This document shows positions 8,260-17,825 of a DNA stretch of 64,000 nt, one piece after another (the stretch's first letter is position 1; each line of letters begins with the position of its first letter). The stretch comes from Acidobacteriota bacterium (GTDB lineage: Bacteria; Acidobacteriota; Polarisedimenticolia; J045), in assembly GCA_024763475.1 (NCBI GenBank), contig JANTFM010000001.1, positions 7,879 through 71,878 on the forward strand, in the 5' to 3' direction. The notes beneath the pieces were generated by a model, which was given only the letters and a program-made list of their open reading frames with translations, made no database searches and had not been told where the DNA came from. The position numbers and the translations under genes were made by a program.

Positions 8260-11200
8260 ATGCAAGCCATGATGAAGATCGCAAACGCCGTTCTGCTGTC
8301 CGCAATCCTGCTCACAAGCGTGGGCTTCGCTACGCCCGCCCTGGCCCAGGTCGGAATCACGATCACGAGCCCCGCGGATTACGTCGAAGGAACGCTCGAG
8401 CTGTCCCCGGCGACCATGCCCTACATCGACCGCTCCTATCCCTATACAGCCGCGCCCGAGTTCTACCTTTCGTTGCAGACGGTCCGCACGGCCAATCGGG
8501 ACCGCTGGGACGAGAGCGAAGATTACCTGGTCTTCGAGGTTGACCGTCCGGTGACGGTTTACCTGCTCTACAGTTCCGAGGCGGCGAGTGCGCCAAACTG
8601 GGTGGCGAGCACCTTCACCCAGAACGGTGATCAGATTTCCCGGAACTACCACACCTGGAACGTCTGGCAGCGGGACTACCCCGCGGGCCAGGTCATCCTC
8701 GGCGGGAACATGGCCCCCGGCGCGGTGGCCATCGAGGGCGGCAGCATCGCAATGTTCAGTGTCGTGGTGGCCGAAGCCGACGAAGCGCCTGGGAATCGCC
8801 CGCCCGCCATCACCTCCGTCCCGGTGACCACGGCGACCGAGGGCGTGCTCTACACCTATGACGTGGAGGCCAGTGATCCCGACGCGGGTGATGTCCTCAC
8901 CTACTCCCTCGACACGGCACCCAGCGGCATGATCATCGATGGCGCGAGCGGCCTGATCGAATGGACACCGGACGCCAGCCAGGTTGGAGATCACGCGGTA
9001 ACCGTCCGCGTCGAGGATGGCGAGCCCCTCGCGGACACCCAGTCCTACAACGTGACGGTCTCTCCCGATACACCCGTGGATGACCTGGTGATCACGATCA
9101 CCGCCCCCGCCGACTACACGGAGGGCACGCTGGAGATTTCTCCTGCGACACGCCCCTATATCGACCGTTCCTACGTCTACATCGCGGCGCCCGGCCACTA
9201 CCTGGGACTACCGACCGTCCAGACCGCGAACCGCGACCGTGCGGAGACGACGACCGACTACCTGCACTTCGAGATCAACAAGGCCTGCATCGTCTACGTC
9301 CTCTACAGCTCGGAGGCTGCCAGCGTACCCGCCTGGCTCTCAGGCAGCTTCACGCAGAACGGCGACCAGGTCTCCCGCAACTACCACACCTGGAATGTCT
9401 GGCAGCGCCGTTACCCGGTGGGCGAGGTCGTCCTCGGTGGCAACCGGGCACCCGGCGCCGAAGCCATCGCCGGTGGTGCGCTCGGCATGTTCAGCGTGGT
9501 CGTCGAGGAGGCGCTTGGCCCGGCAGCAGAGTTCAGCGCCACACCCCGGAGCGGAGATTTGCCTCTCGAAGTGAGCTTCACCGACGAGTCCGATGGGAAC
9601 GTGACGACCTGGTCCTGGACCTTCGGCGATGGCGAGATGAGTACCGAACAGAACCCGGTGCACAGCTACGCCGAGGCTGGCAGCTATACCGTGACGCTCG
9701 AGGTCAGCGATGCCGACGGGAGCGACACCGTCACGAAGACGGATTACATCAGCGTCGTGGATCCCGCGCTCAACCAGCCGCCGGTCATCAGCTCGACTCC
9801 GGTCACGACCGCCGAGGTGGATAGCGCCTACAGCTATGACGTGGAGGCGGACGATCCAAACGCGGGGGATACGCTGACCTACTCTCTCGACATCTCACCG
9901 AGCGGCATGGTGATTGATTCGGTGAGTGGCCTGATCAGCTGGACTCCCACCGCGAGCCAGGTGGGAGACCACGCCGTCACGGTACGCGTCGAGGACCAGG
10001 AGGCCGCGGCCGACACGCAGAGTTACACGGTCACCGTCACCGACGATTCAACCCCCGTCGCTCTGGAGATCACGATCCTCAGCCCCGCCGACTACGTCGA
10101 AGGGACGCTCGATCTGCATCCCGCGAGTCGACCCTACGTGGATCGCTCCTACGTCTTCACCGCGGCTCCGGAACGCTATATCGGCCTGCCGACCGTGCGG
10201 ACGGCAAACGCGGATCGTGGCGAGACCAGCTTGGATTACCTGCGCTTCGAGGTGAACAAGACTGTCAACGTTCTCGTCTGCTACAGCACCCAGGCGGCGA
10301 GCGTGCCGGACTGGCTCAGCAGCCGCTTCACGCAGAACGGCGACCAGATCTCTCGCAACTACCACGACTGGAATGTCTGGGAGGCGCGCTTCGCGCCGGG
10401 TGAGATTGTTCTCGGTGGAAACAGCGCCCCTGGAGCGAGCGCGGTGGCGGGCGGTACGATCGCGATGTTCGCTGTCGTCGTGGAAGAGAGCAGCGGCCCG
10501 GCCGCGGCCTTCTCGGGAACGCCGCGAAGTGGAAACCTGCCCCTCGAGGTGAGCTTCACGGATAGTTCTACCGGCCCGGTGGACAGCTGGTCCTGGACCT
10601 TCGGCGACGGCGGGATGAGCACCGAGCAGAACCCGGTCCACAGCTACGCCGCCGCGGGCCTCTACACGGTGACGCTTGACGTCACAGGAGCCGAAGGATC
10701 TAACACCAAGACCGAGACCGACTACATCGAGGTGATCGATCCGAACGTGAACCAGGCGCCCGAGATCACCTCGGCTCCGATTCTCTCGGCCGTCGTCGAC
10801 ACGCTCTACAGCTACGACGTGGACGCCGAGGATCCGGACGCCGGTGATGTGCTGACCTACTCGCTGGATACGGCGCCGGTGGGCATGGTCATCGATCCGG
10901 CGAGCGGCTTGATCGAGTGGACTCCCGATCTCTCCCAGGTCGGTGACAACGATGTCGTGGTTCGCGTCGAGGACCAGGATCTCGCGGCGGATACCCAGAG
11001 CTTCACGATCAGCGTGAGCGATGGCTCTGAGCCGCTACCTCTCGAGATCACCATCCTCACCCCGGCAGACTACGCCGAGTCGGAGCTCAGGCTCGCGCCG
11101 GGCGCGTCGAAGACCTACATCGACCGCTCCTATGTCTTCACCGCAGCCCCCGAGCGTTTCGTCGGCATGGCGGTGATCCAGACGGCGAATCGCGACCGGC

Positions 11201-14200
11201 ATGAGAGCTCCGAGAACTACCTGAGCTTCGAGGTCAACCAGGCCGTCAACGTCTACGTGGCCTACAGCACCCAGGCCGCGAGCGCCCCGGACTGGCTGAG
11301 CGCGAGCTTCACCCAAATCGGCGAGCAGGTCTCGCGGACCTACCACAGCTGGAACCTCTGGCAGGCGCGCTACGGCGCGGGCACCATTGTCCTTGGTGGC
11401 AACGAGGCCCCCGGATACGAGGCCGTCTCCGGCGGATCCATCGGGATGTTCGTGGTGCTCGTCGAGCCGGCGGGCGGCCCGGCTGCGGACTTCTCGGCGA
11501 CGCCGCTGAGCGGATCGACCCCGCTCGAGGTGAGCTTCACCGATCTTTCCGATGGCAACATCTCGAGTTGGGCCTGGGACTTCGGGGATGGTGGAAGCAG
11601 TGACCTGCAAAACCCGACCCATACCTACTCCAGCGAGGGAAGCTACACCGTCACGCTGAGCGTGGACGGGGCTGACGGAGCGGATTCGCTCGTGCGGACG
11701 GACTATATCCACGCAACCGACCCCGCGAACAACGAAGCACCGACGATCACCTCGACACCGGTCACCTCGGCGATCGTCGGCGAGCTCTATACCTACGATG
11801 CCGAGGCGACGGATCCGAACGGTGACACCCTGACCTGGTCGCTGGATACGGCGCCGGTTGGGATGAACATCGATTCGGTGACGGGAGTCATCGACTGGCG
11901 TCCCGACGCAGGACAGGTCGGCGACCATCAGGTCGTCGTGCGGGTGGAGGATCCGCTGGCTGCCGCAGACACCCAGAGCTACACCGTCACGGTCAGTGAG
12001 GCGTCCTCCAGCCAGGAGCTGACGATCACGATCCTCACACCGGCGGACTACCTCGAGTCGACCCTCGAGATCGACCCCGCGACCAACCCCTACATGGATC
12101 GCGCCTATCCCTTCACCGCCGCGGGGGAGCACTACATCGGCCTGCCCGTGGTGCAGACGGCGAATCGCGATCGCTACGAGGATTCCGAAGACTACTGTAC
12201 CTTTGAGGTCAACAAGCCGGTGTGGGTCTATGTCCTCTACAGCACCGAGGCGGAGACGGCTCCCGACTGGCTGGAGCTCAACTTCACCAAGACCAACGAC
12301 CAGATCAGCCGCCGTTATCACACCTGGAATGTCTGGAAGCGCCAGTATCCTGCCGGGGTGGTAACCCTCGGGGGCAACGAAGCTCCGGGCCTGGTCATCC
12401 AGGAGGGCGGCTCGATCGGCATGTTCAGTGTGGTCCTCGAGGAGCTCGAGGTCCCGTTCGCTGACTTCAATGCGGTCCCCGTGGCGGGAGCCCCACCGCT
12501 TGCCGTGGCCTTCGAGGACAGGTCGACCGGTGGGATCAACAGCTGGCTTTGGACCTTCGGTGATGGAGAAACCAGCAGCGAGCAGAACCCCGTACACACC
12601 TACAACGAGCTCGGGCTCTACACCGTGACCCTCGACGTGAGTGGCTACGCCGGTTCGGACAGCCGCACGCGCACGGAATACATCAACGTCACCAACGATG
12701 AGATCAACGAGTCACCGCAGATCACGTCATCGCCGATCACCCAGGCCATCGCAGACGAGCTCTACAGCTACGACGTGGAGGCCACGGATCCGAACGCCGG
12801 GGATCTTCTCGAGTACTCTCTCGACAGCTCGCCTTCGGGCATGACGATCGACAGTGCGTCCGGCCTGATCCAATGGACGCCGAATTCCGGGCAGGTCGGC
12901 TCCCACGAAATCGTCGTGCGGGTCCAGGATGGTGGAGGGCTCTACGACACCCAGGCCTACTCGATTCTCGTCGATGTGGCGCGCGTGCCTTGGATGCACG
13001 CCTTCTGGGACCATCGCCAGATGCTCACGATCGACAATCCCTGCGGGGAGGTTCAGAGCGGGAAGCCTGTCCGTATCGATCTGGACTCGACTTTCGATTT
13101 CTCACGTGTCGCCGCGGACGGTCATGACCTGCGCGCGACCCTCGATGACGAAATCACCGAGATTCCCCTGTGGATCGAACACTGGAACGCCGACGCGCAG
13201 AGTGCGACGGTCTGGGTGCGCCTGCCGACGCTGCCTGCGGACGGCACCTCGATCTACTTCTACTCCGGATACGAGGAGGCCCAGGCGCGCGTCCGGGCTG
13301 CGAGCGTCTTCGATCTCTACGATGGCTTCGAGACCGATCCTCTCGGCCGCGTGGCGGCCGGCGAGCGAGACAATCCCGGCCAGTGGTCCCGGGTGGGCGA
13401 GGCCTCGCTCATTGAGTCCGGCGCTCCGGGTAGCTGGGATGCCTCCGGCGTGCGGGTCACCAGCGTCATCTGGGACGAGGATGAACTCGAGTATCGTGCC
13501 TACTACGAAGGTGTCTCGGACAGTGGCGATCAGCGCATCGGCGTCGCCTTCTCGCCGGACGGCGAGCGCTGGACCACCTGGCGCGATGGCTACCTGCTCG
13601 CTCCCGATGCGGGCAGCTGGGACGAGAGCGGCCTCTACGCACCGGTGGTCTGGCGGGAAGGTCCCGCGGACTACCGCATGCTCTACACCGGTGCTGGAAG
13701 CTCCGGGCGCCAGATCGGCCTGGCCACATCGCCGGACGGCCTGGTCTGGACGAAGAGCGTGGACAACCCGGTCTTCAACGATCCTGACTGGGCGCACGGC
13801 GACACGAACGGTGGCGGTGTCATCCGCGTCGACGGCGAGTACCTGATGTGGTACGCAACCGGCGGCTCTGGTGAGTCGGGAATCGCCGTGTCGACGGATC
13901 TCGTCAGCTGGAGCCCGTACCAGCCGGCGCCGATCTTCCCCAGCGGCGGCCTGCCGCAGGAGCGGAGCTGGTCCCGGGTGGCGTCGCAGACGTTCCGCCA
14001 TGGCAGCGACTACTACGTCTTCGTGAACGCCAGCGACGAGAGTGGCGCCCACGGCGAAGTCGATCTCTACCGCTCCTCGAGTCCCTACTTCCCGGATGCG
14101 GATCGCCACTTCGTGCGCACCGTGCACGTTCCGGGCCCGGAAGGCGAGTGGGACTCGTCTCACAGCGGCCCCTTGATGGTCGTCACTACGGGTATCGAGG

Positions 14201-15339
14201 CGCTCGCACTCCACGACGGACAACTTCGCGCGTACTACGCGGGCCGGAGTCCTGCCGGCATCTGGAGCTCAGGCCAGCTGAGCGAGGGCGATCTCGATGT
14301 GGCGCTTTCCGACGCTGCCGCCGCGACGACCTCCCTGGGCTGGGTGTTCAGCGCGAACGCCGCGACAACTCAGCTCGAAGCGCGGGGCGGGACGAAGTCC
14401 GTACGCCTCGCCGACGCGGATCCAGCCCTGAGCGAGGACGCTGTGGCCACCTTTGCCGGCCAAGGCGAGGGCCGGGTCGCTGCGTGGATGAGGCGTTCGG
14501 GTGCGAGCAACGGAGCGTTCGACCTGCGTCTCTTCGACGGCAACGACTTTGCCGCGTCTGCAGGTTTCGGAGCGGACGGCTACTTCCAGTTCTGGAACGG
14601 GTCGAACTTCTCCACCACCATTCCCTGGTCCAGTGATGAGTGGTACCTGGTGGAGATCTTCTTCGACACGCTGATGAGCACCTACGACGTCACGATCTTC
14701 GATGCCAACATGGTGGAGCTGGGGAGCTACACCGATATCGGCTTCGAACTGCCGGTCACCAGCATCAACAAGGCGTCGCTCTGGACCAGCGAGGGTCTCG
14801 TCGAGGATGTCTTCTTCGATGACTTCCGCGTGGAGGCCTTCTGCGGAGCCGACCCGGCGGGGACCCTGGGTATCGAGGAGGATCAGCCGCCGCTCGAGTT
14901 CGCGCTCACGCTGCTCGACTTCCCCGAGGGGTACTACACGAGCACGGTCTCACTCTCCCCGGACAACAAGTACACCTACTTCGATCGATCCTACATCTTC
15001 GAGGCTGCGCCGCCCGAGTATCTCGGTCTGCCATATATCGCGACCGCGGTGCGCGATGACCTTGCGGACGACGAGGAATGGATCACCTTCCACGTCAACC
15101 GTCCGGTGACGGTCTATGTCGGCTACTCCAACACCCAGGTGGCGAAGGCCCCGAACTGGATCAACCATCACTATCAGGAAAACGGCAAGGAGGTCAGCCG
15201 CACCTTCTGGACCTGGCAGGTCTGGGAGCGGGAGTTCCCCGCGGGTCGCATCGTCCTCGGCAGCAACGCTGCGGCAGGAACCGTGGAAGGGCACATCACC
15301 AACTACACGGTGATCATCGAGGAGCGCACGAAGCCATGA
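8260..15339 (+). CDS. Giant secreted multidomain surface/adhesin-like protein (2359 aa): 6 copies of an uncharacterised ~150-aa module, 4 PKD domains, 5 cadherin-like (dystroglycan-type) Ig domains, DUF2341, GH43/GH32-like five-bladed beta-propeller, LamG/ConA-like region
   Basis: Start is at MQAMMKIANAVLLSAILLTSVGFATPALAQ (signal peptide); the upstream extension from 8170 is rejected. The PKD domains have the form PLEVSFTD-S-G-V-SWSWTFGDGE-S-EQNPVHSY. The cadherin-like domains have the form Y-YDVEA-DPDAGD-LTYSLD-AP-GM-ID-SGLI-WTP. The DUF2341-like segment is IPLWIEHWNADAQSATVWVRLPTLPADGTSIYFYSG. The propeller-like blades have the form IGVAFSPDGERWT...YAPVVW...GLATSPDGLVWT...YLMWYATGGSG. A long open frame with no internal stops over 7 kb at ~68% GC supports a real gene. 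Confidence 0.8.
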   Translation: MQAMMKIANAVLLSAILLTSVGFATPALAQVGITITSPADYVEGTLELSPATMPYIDRSYPYTAAPEFYLSLQTVRTANRDRWDESEDYLVFEVDRPVTVYLLYSSEAASAPNWVASTFTQNGDQISRNYHTWNVWQRDYPAGQVILGGNMAPGAVAIEGGSIAMFSVVVAEADEAPGNRPPAITSVPVTTATEGVLYTYDVEASDPDAGDVLTYSLDTAPSGMIIDGASGLIEWTPDASQVGDHAVTVRVEDGEPLADTQSYNVTVSPDTPVDDLVITITAPADYTEGTLEISPATRPYIDRSYVYIAAPGHYLGLPTVQTANRDRAETTTDYLHFEINKACIVYVLYSSEAASVPAWLSGSFTQNGDQVSRNYHTWNVWQRRYPVGEVVLGGNRAPGAEAIAGGALGMFSVVVEEALGPAAEFSATPRSGDLPLEVSFTDESDGNVTTWSWTFGDGEMSTEQNPVHSYAEAGSYTVTLEVSDADGSDTVTKTDYISVVDPALNQPPVISSTPVTTAEVDSAYSYDVEADDPNAGDTLTYSLDISPSGMVIDSVSGLISWTPTASQVGDHAVTVRVEDQEAAADTQSYTVTVTDDSTPVALEITILSPADYVEGTLDLHPASRPYVDRSYVFTAAPERYIGLPTVRTANADRGETSLDYLRFEVNKTVNVLVCYSTQAASVPDWLSSRFTQNGDQISRNYHDWNVWEARFAPGEIVLGGNSAPGASAVAGGTIAMFAVVVEESSGPAAAFSGTPRSGNLPLEVSFTDSSTGPVDSWSWTFGDGGMSTEQNPVHSYAAAGLYTVTLDVTGAEGSNTKTETDYIEVIDPNVNQAPEITSAPILSAVVDTLYSYDVDAEDPDAGDVLTYSLDTAPVGMVIDPASGLIEWTPDLSQVGDNDVVVRVEDQDLAADTQSFTISVSDGSEPLPLEITILTPADYAESELRLAPGASKTYIDRSYVFTAAPERFVGMAVIQTANRDRHESSENYLSFEVNQAVNVYVAYSTQAASAPDWLSASFTQIGEQVSRTYHSWNLWQARYGAGTIVLGGNEAPGYEAVSGGSIGMFVVLVEPAGGPAADFSATPLSGSTPLEVSFTDLSDGNISSWAWDFGDGGSSDLQNPTHTYSSEGSYTVTLSVDGADGADSLVRTDYIHATDPANNEAPTITSTPVTSAIVGELYTYDAEATDPNGDTLTWSLDTAPVGMNIDSVTGVIDWRPDAGQVGDHQVVVRVEDPLAAADTQSYTVTVSEASSSQELTITILTPADYLESTLEIDPATNPYMDRAYPFTAAGEHYIGLPVVQTANRDRYEDSEDYCTFEVNKPVWVYVLYSTEAETAPDWLELNFTKTNDQISRRYHTWNVWKRQYPAGVVTLGGNEAPGLVIQEGGSIGMFSVVLEELEVPFADFNAVPVAGAPPLAVAFEDRSTGGINSWLWTFGDGETSSEQNPVHTYNELGLYTVTLDVSGYAGSDSRTRTEYINVTNDEINESPQITSSPITQAIADELYSYDVEATDPNAGDLLEYSLDSSPSGMTIDSASGLIQWTPNSGQVGSHEIVVRVQDGGGLYDTQAYSILVDVARVPWMHAFWDHRQMLTIDNPCGEVQSGKPVRIDLDSTFDFSRVAADGHDLRATLDDEITEIPLWIEHWNADAQSATVWVRLPTLPADGTSIYFYSGYEEAQARVRAASVFDLYDGFETDPLGRVAAGERDNPGQWSRVGEASLIESGAPGSWDASGVRVTSVIWDEDELEYRAYYEGVSDSGDQRIGVAFSPDGERWTTWRDGYLLAPDAGSWDESGLYAPVVWREGPADYRMLYTGAGSSGRQIGLATSPDGLVWTKSVDNPVFNDPDWAHGDTNGGGVIRVDGEYLMWYATGGSGESGIAVSTDLVSWSPYQPAPIFPSGGLPQERSWSRVASQTFRHGSDYYVFVNASDESGAHGEVDLYRSSSPYFPDADRHFVRTVHVPGPEGEWDSSHSGPLMVVTTGIEALALHDGQLRAYYAGRSPAGIWSSGQLSEGDLDVALSDAAAATTSLGWVFSANAATTQLEARGGTKSVRLADADPALSEDAVATFAGQGEGRVAAWMRRSGASNGAFDLRLFDGNDFAASAGFGADGYFQFWNGSNFSTTIPWSSDEWYLVEIFFDTLMSTYDVTIFDANMVELGSYTDIGFELPVTSINKASLWTSEGLVEDVFFDDFRVEAFCGADPAGTLGIEEDQPPLEFALTLLDFPEGYYTSTVSLSPDNKYTYFDRSYIFEAAPPEYLGLPYIATAVRDDLADDEEWITFHVNRPVTVYVGYSNTQVAKAPNWINHHYQENGKEVSRTFWTWQVWEREFPAGRIVLGSNAAAGTVEGHITNYTVIIEERTKP
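8356..13002 (+). repeat. In-frame tandem coding repeats inside the giant gene: unit 1 of 735 bp (8356-9090) then four units of exactly 978 bp (9091, 10069, 11047, 12025), each encoding [unknown module + PKD + cadherin-like]
   Basis: Each unit begins with a recurring (V/E)ITI(T/L)(S/A/T)PADY codon block. The starts were located by hand at 8356, 9091, 10069, 11047 and 12025, giving a period of 978 bp = 326 codons. Units are ~60-75% identical at protein level, i.e. diverged rather than recently duplicated. Confidence 0.8.
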
Positions 15340-15370
15340 TCCCCGATTCTAGCCGCGGATCCCGCTAGAC

Positions 15371-16861
15371 GTGAGTTCCGGCATCAAGGGGGAGGTGAAG
15401 CTCCTCGCGAAGCACTCTGCGATCTACGGGGTCGCGCGGATCCTCGATCGCGCGATCGGTTTCTTCATGATCCCGGTCTACACGCGCTTCCTCGCGCCCG
15501 CCGACTACGGCGTGCTCGAGTTGATCTACATGACGGTCAGCCTGATCGGGATGGTCGTCGGCGTCGGCATCACCTCGGCCGTCACACGCTTCTACTTCGA
15601 CCACAAGGACGAAGAGAAGCGGAACGTCGTGATCTCGACGGCGATCATCGCCTACGGCGGCATGGTCGGTTTGATCGTGCTCCTGCTCCTGCCGTTCGGG
15701 GGCTTCGTCGGGCGCGTCGTCTTGCAGTCCGACGATGGATCCCGCTTGATCCTCGTCGCGCTGATCACGATGGCGGCGGACATCGTGTTCTCGATCGTCC
15801 TCGCCTACCTGCGCGCGCAGCATGCGTCACTCAAGGTTACCGGGATCACCCTGACCAAGACTGTTCTCACGCTGAGCCTGAACATCTACTTCCTCGTCTT
15901 CCTCGAGATGGGCGTGTTTGGGATCCTGCTGGCCTCTCTGGTGGCCAACCTGCTCTTCGCCACGGGGATGGTCATCGATACGCTGCGCCGCACAGGAATG
16001 CGCATCGATTTTCCGCTGATGGTGGAAATGCTGCGTTTCGGTGGGCCCCTGATCCCGTCCAACGTCGCGGCGTACCTGGTGCACAGTTCGGACCGCTACT
16101 TCATCGGGCACTACGTTGCGGTCTCCCAGGTCGGGATCTACTCGCTGGGTTACAAGTTCGGCTCGCTGATCAACCAGCTCGTCAATGCGCCGTTCACCCA
16201 AATCTGGAATCCGCGGCGCATCGAGAAGTTCGATCAGGGTGATGTCGAGAAACACTTCGCGAAGATTTTCACCTACTTCTGCACGCTGAACGTTTTTGCG
16301 GCGCTGATGCTCTCGCTGCTCTCGAGAGAGCTGATCCAGGTCATGGCGGCGCCAGAGTACTGGGATGCCTACAAGGTCGTGCCGATCATCGCGCTGTCCT
16401 ACGTCATCTTCTCGTTCCACTACCACTTCAACATCGGCATCCTCGCCAAGAAGAAGACGAAGTTTATCGCCTATACCAACGTCCTCAACGGCGGCTTGAA
16501 TCTCGTCTTGAATATCGCACTGATCCCGAGATTCGGTGTCTGGGGTGCCGCCTGGGCGACGCTCTTCTGTTTCACTTTCAAGATCACGCTGACCTACATC
16601 TTCTCGAACCGCCTCCACCCGATCCTGGTGGAGTGGCGTCGCGTGATCACGGTCTTCCTCGTCGGAGGCGTGGTCTACGGGGCTGGCGTCCAGATCGACT
16701 TGGGCTCGATTTGGCTCAACGCTCCCGCCCACGCGGCTGCAGGACTTGGTATGCCGTTGCTGCTGGTCGTGGCGCGTTTCTTCTCCCAGGAAGAGCTGGC
16801 GTTGGGCCGACGTCTCCTGTTCTCCAAGCTGGGCCGTGGTGCGGCGGGGCAGGGTGCGTAA
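15371..16861 (+). CDS. wzx: Polysaccharide/oligosaccharide flippase, Wzx-like (MOP/MATE superfamily, Polysacc_synt family)
   Basis: 496 aa with ~12-14 predicted TM helices. It has the Polysacc_synt hallmarks: N-terminal LLAKHSAIYGVARILDRAIGFFMIPVYTRFLAPADYGV and C-terminal GVWGAAWATL. The GTG start at 15371 lies 32 nt after the giant gene's stop. Confidence 0.7.
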   Translation: MSSGIKGEVKLLAKHSAIYGVARILDRAIGFFMIPVYTRFLAPADYGVLELIYMTVSLIGMVVGVGITSAVTRFYFDHKDEEKRNVVISTAIIAYGGMVGLIVLLLLPFGGFVGRVVLQSDDGSRLILVALITMAADIVFSIVLAYLRAQHASLKVTGITLTKTVLTLSLNIYFLVFLEMGVFGILLASLVANLLFATGMVIDTLRRTGMRIDFPLMVEMLRFGGPLIPSNVAAYLVHSSDRYFIGHYVAVSQVGIYSLGYKFGSLINQLVNAPFTQIWNPRRIEKFDQGDVEKHFAKIFTYFCTLNVFAALMLSLLSRELIQVMAAPEYWDAYKVVPIIALSYVIFSFHYHFNIGILAKKKTKFIAYTNVLNGGLNLVLNIALIPRFGVWGAAWATLFCFTFKITLTYIFSNRLHPILVEWRRVITVFLVGGVVYGAGVQIDLGSIWLNAPAHAAAGLGMPLLLVVARFFSQEELALGRRLLFSKLGRGAAGQGA

Positions 16862-16906
16862 CGCGGGGAGGCGATGGGCCGCTCGAAAGCGGCGAAGGAG
16901 CGAGCC

Positions 16907-17686
16907 ATGACACCCGATGGCGACAAGATGCTGGGAATTTTTGGCGGAATGGGAGCGGAGGCGGGTGCCATGACCTACCAGCGCCTCGTCCGCAGCACGG
17001 CAGCCGCGACCGATCAGGAGCACATCCCCACGGTGGTCTACGGGGCGACGACGGTGCCGGACCGCACCCAGGCCATCCTGGGGAGCGGCAAGCCCTGTGT
17101 TGACGCTCTCGTCGACGGTGTCCGCTTTCTCGAGCGCTGTGGCGCAGACGTTGTCATCGTCGGTTGCATCACCGCCCACCACTACATCGAAGAGATGCGC
17201 GGCGCGGTGTCCTGCGAGATCCTCTCCGCCGTCGAGGAGACGGTGCAGGTCATCCGTGAGCGAGCACCGGACGCGCAACGCATCGGTCTTCTGGCGACCA
17301 CGGGCACGATCGCCAGCCGGATCTTCCAGTCCGCCCTGGAGCGCGAGGGACTCACGCCGGAGATTCTCGACCCGCGCGATCAGGCGCGCTGGGTCATGGA
17401 AGCGATCTACGGCGAGCACGGCATCAAGAGCGGGGAGGAGGGGCCCGGCCGTCAGCTGATGCTCAAGGCGGCAGCGGAGCTGATGGATCGTGATGTCGAC
17501 GGTCTGATCGCCGGCTGCACCGAGATCCCTCTCGCGCTATTCCCCGAGGACTGTAGCGTCCCGCTCTTCGATCCTCTGGACGCCCTGATCGCCGCGGCGG
17601 TCAGGGCCTGTGGCCGCAAGCTGCGGGATTCGGCCGGGGGAGGCCCCGCGTTAAACTGCTGTCAACACTCCTCGGTAAAAAATTAA
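16907..17686 (+). CDS. Aspartate/glutamate racemase family protein (Asp_Glu_race)
   Basis: The ATG at 16907 is preceded by AAGGAG (spacer 6). Conserved motifs are the GIFGGMG N-terminal loop and the two catalytic-Cys motifs VIVGCITAHHY and LIAGCTEIPL. Confidence 0.75.
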   Translation: MTPDGDKMLGIFGGMGAEAGAMTYQRLVRSTAAATDQEHIPTVVYGATTVPDRTQAILGSGKPCVDALVDGVRFLERCGADVVIVGCITAHHYIEEMRGAVSCEILSAVEETVQVIRERAPDAQRIGLLATTGTIASRIFQSALEREGLTPEILDPRDQARWVMEAIYGEHGIKSGEEGPGRQLMLKAAAELMDRDVDGLIAGCTEIPLALFPEDCSVPLFDPLDALIAAAVRACGRKLRDSAGGGPALNCCQHSSVKN

Positions 17687-17757
17687 CTAGAAGTGCCGTG
17701 GAGTTATTGGTCCTTGCGCGATCCTAAGTTCCAGCGTATCTATAGATTGCTACAGGA

Positions 17758-17771
17758 ACTGACATGTCAGT
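17758..17771. promoter_or_regulatory. Perfect 14-bp palindrome ACTGACATGTCAGT upstream of the TetR gene (candidate TetR operator)
   Basis: Read directly; it lies in an AT-richer 140-bp intergenic region 55 nt upstream of the TetR start. Confidence 0.35.
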
Positions 17772-17825
17772 CTAGAGGGGCGCGGCATCTCGGTTTCCGG
17801 CTCATGCGTGGGGAGGGCGCCGAGG

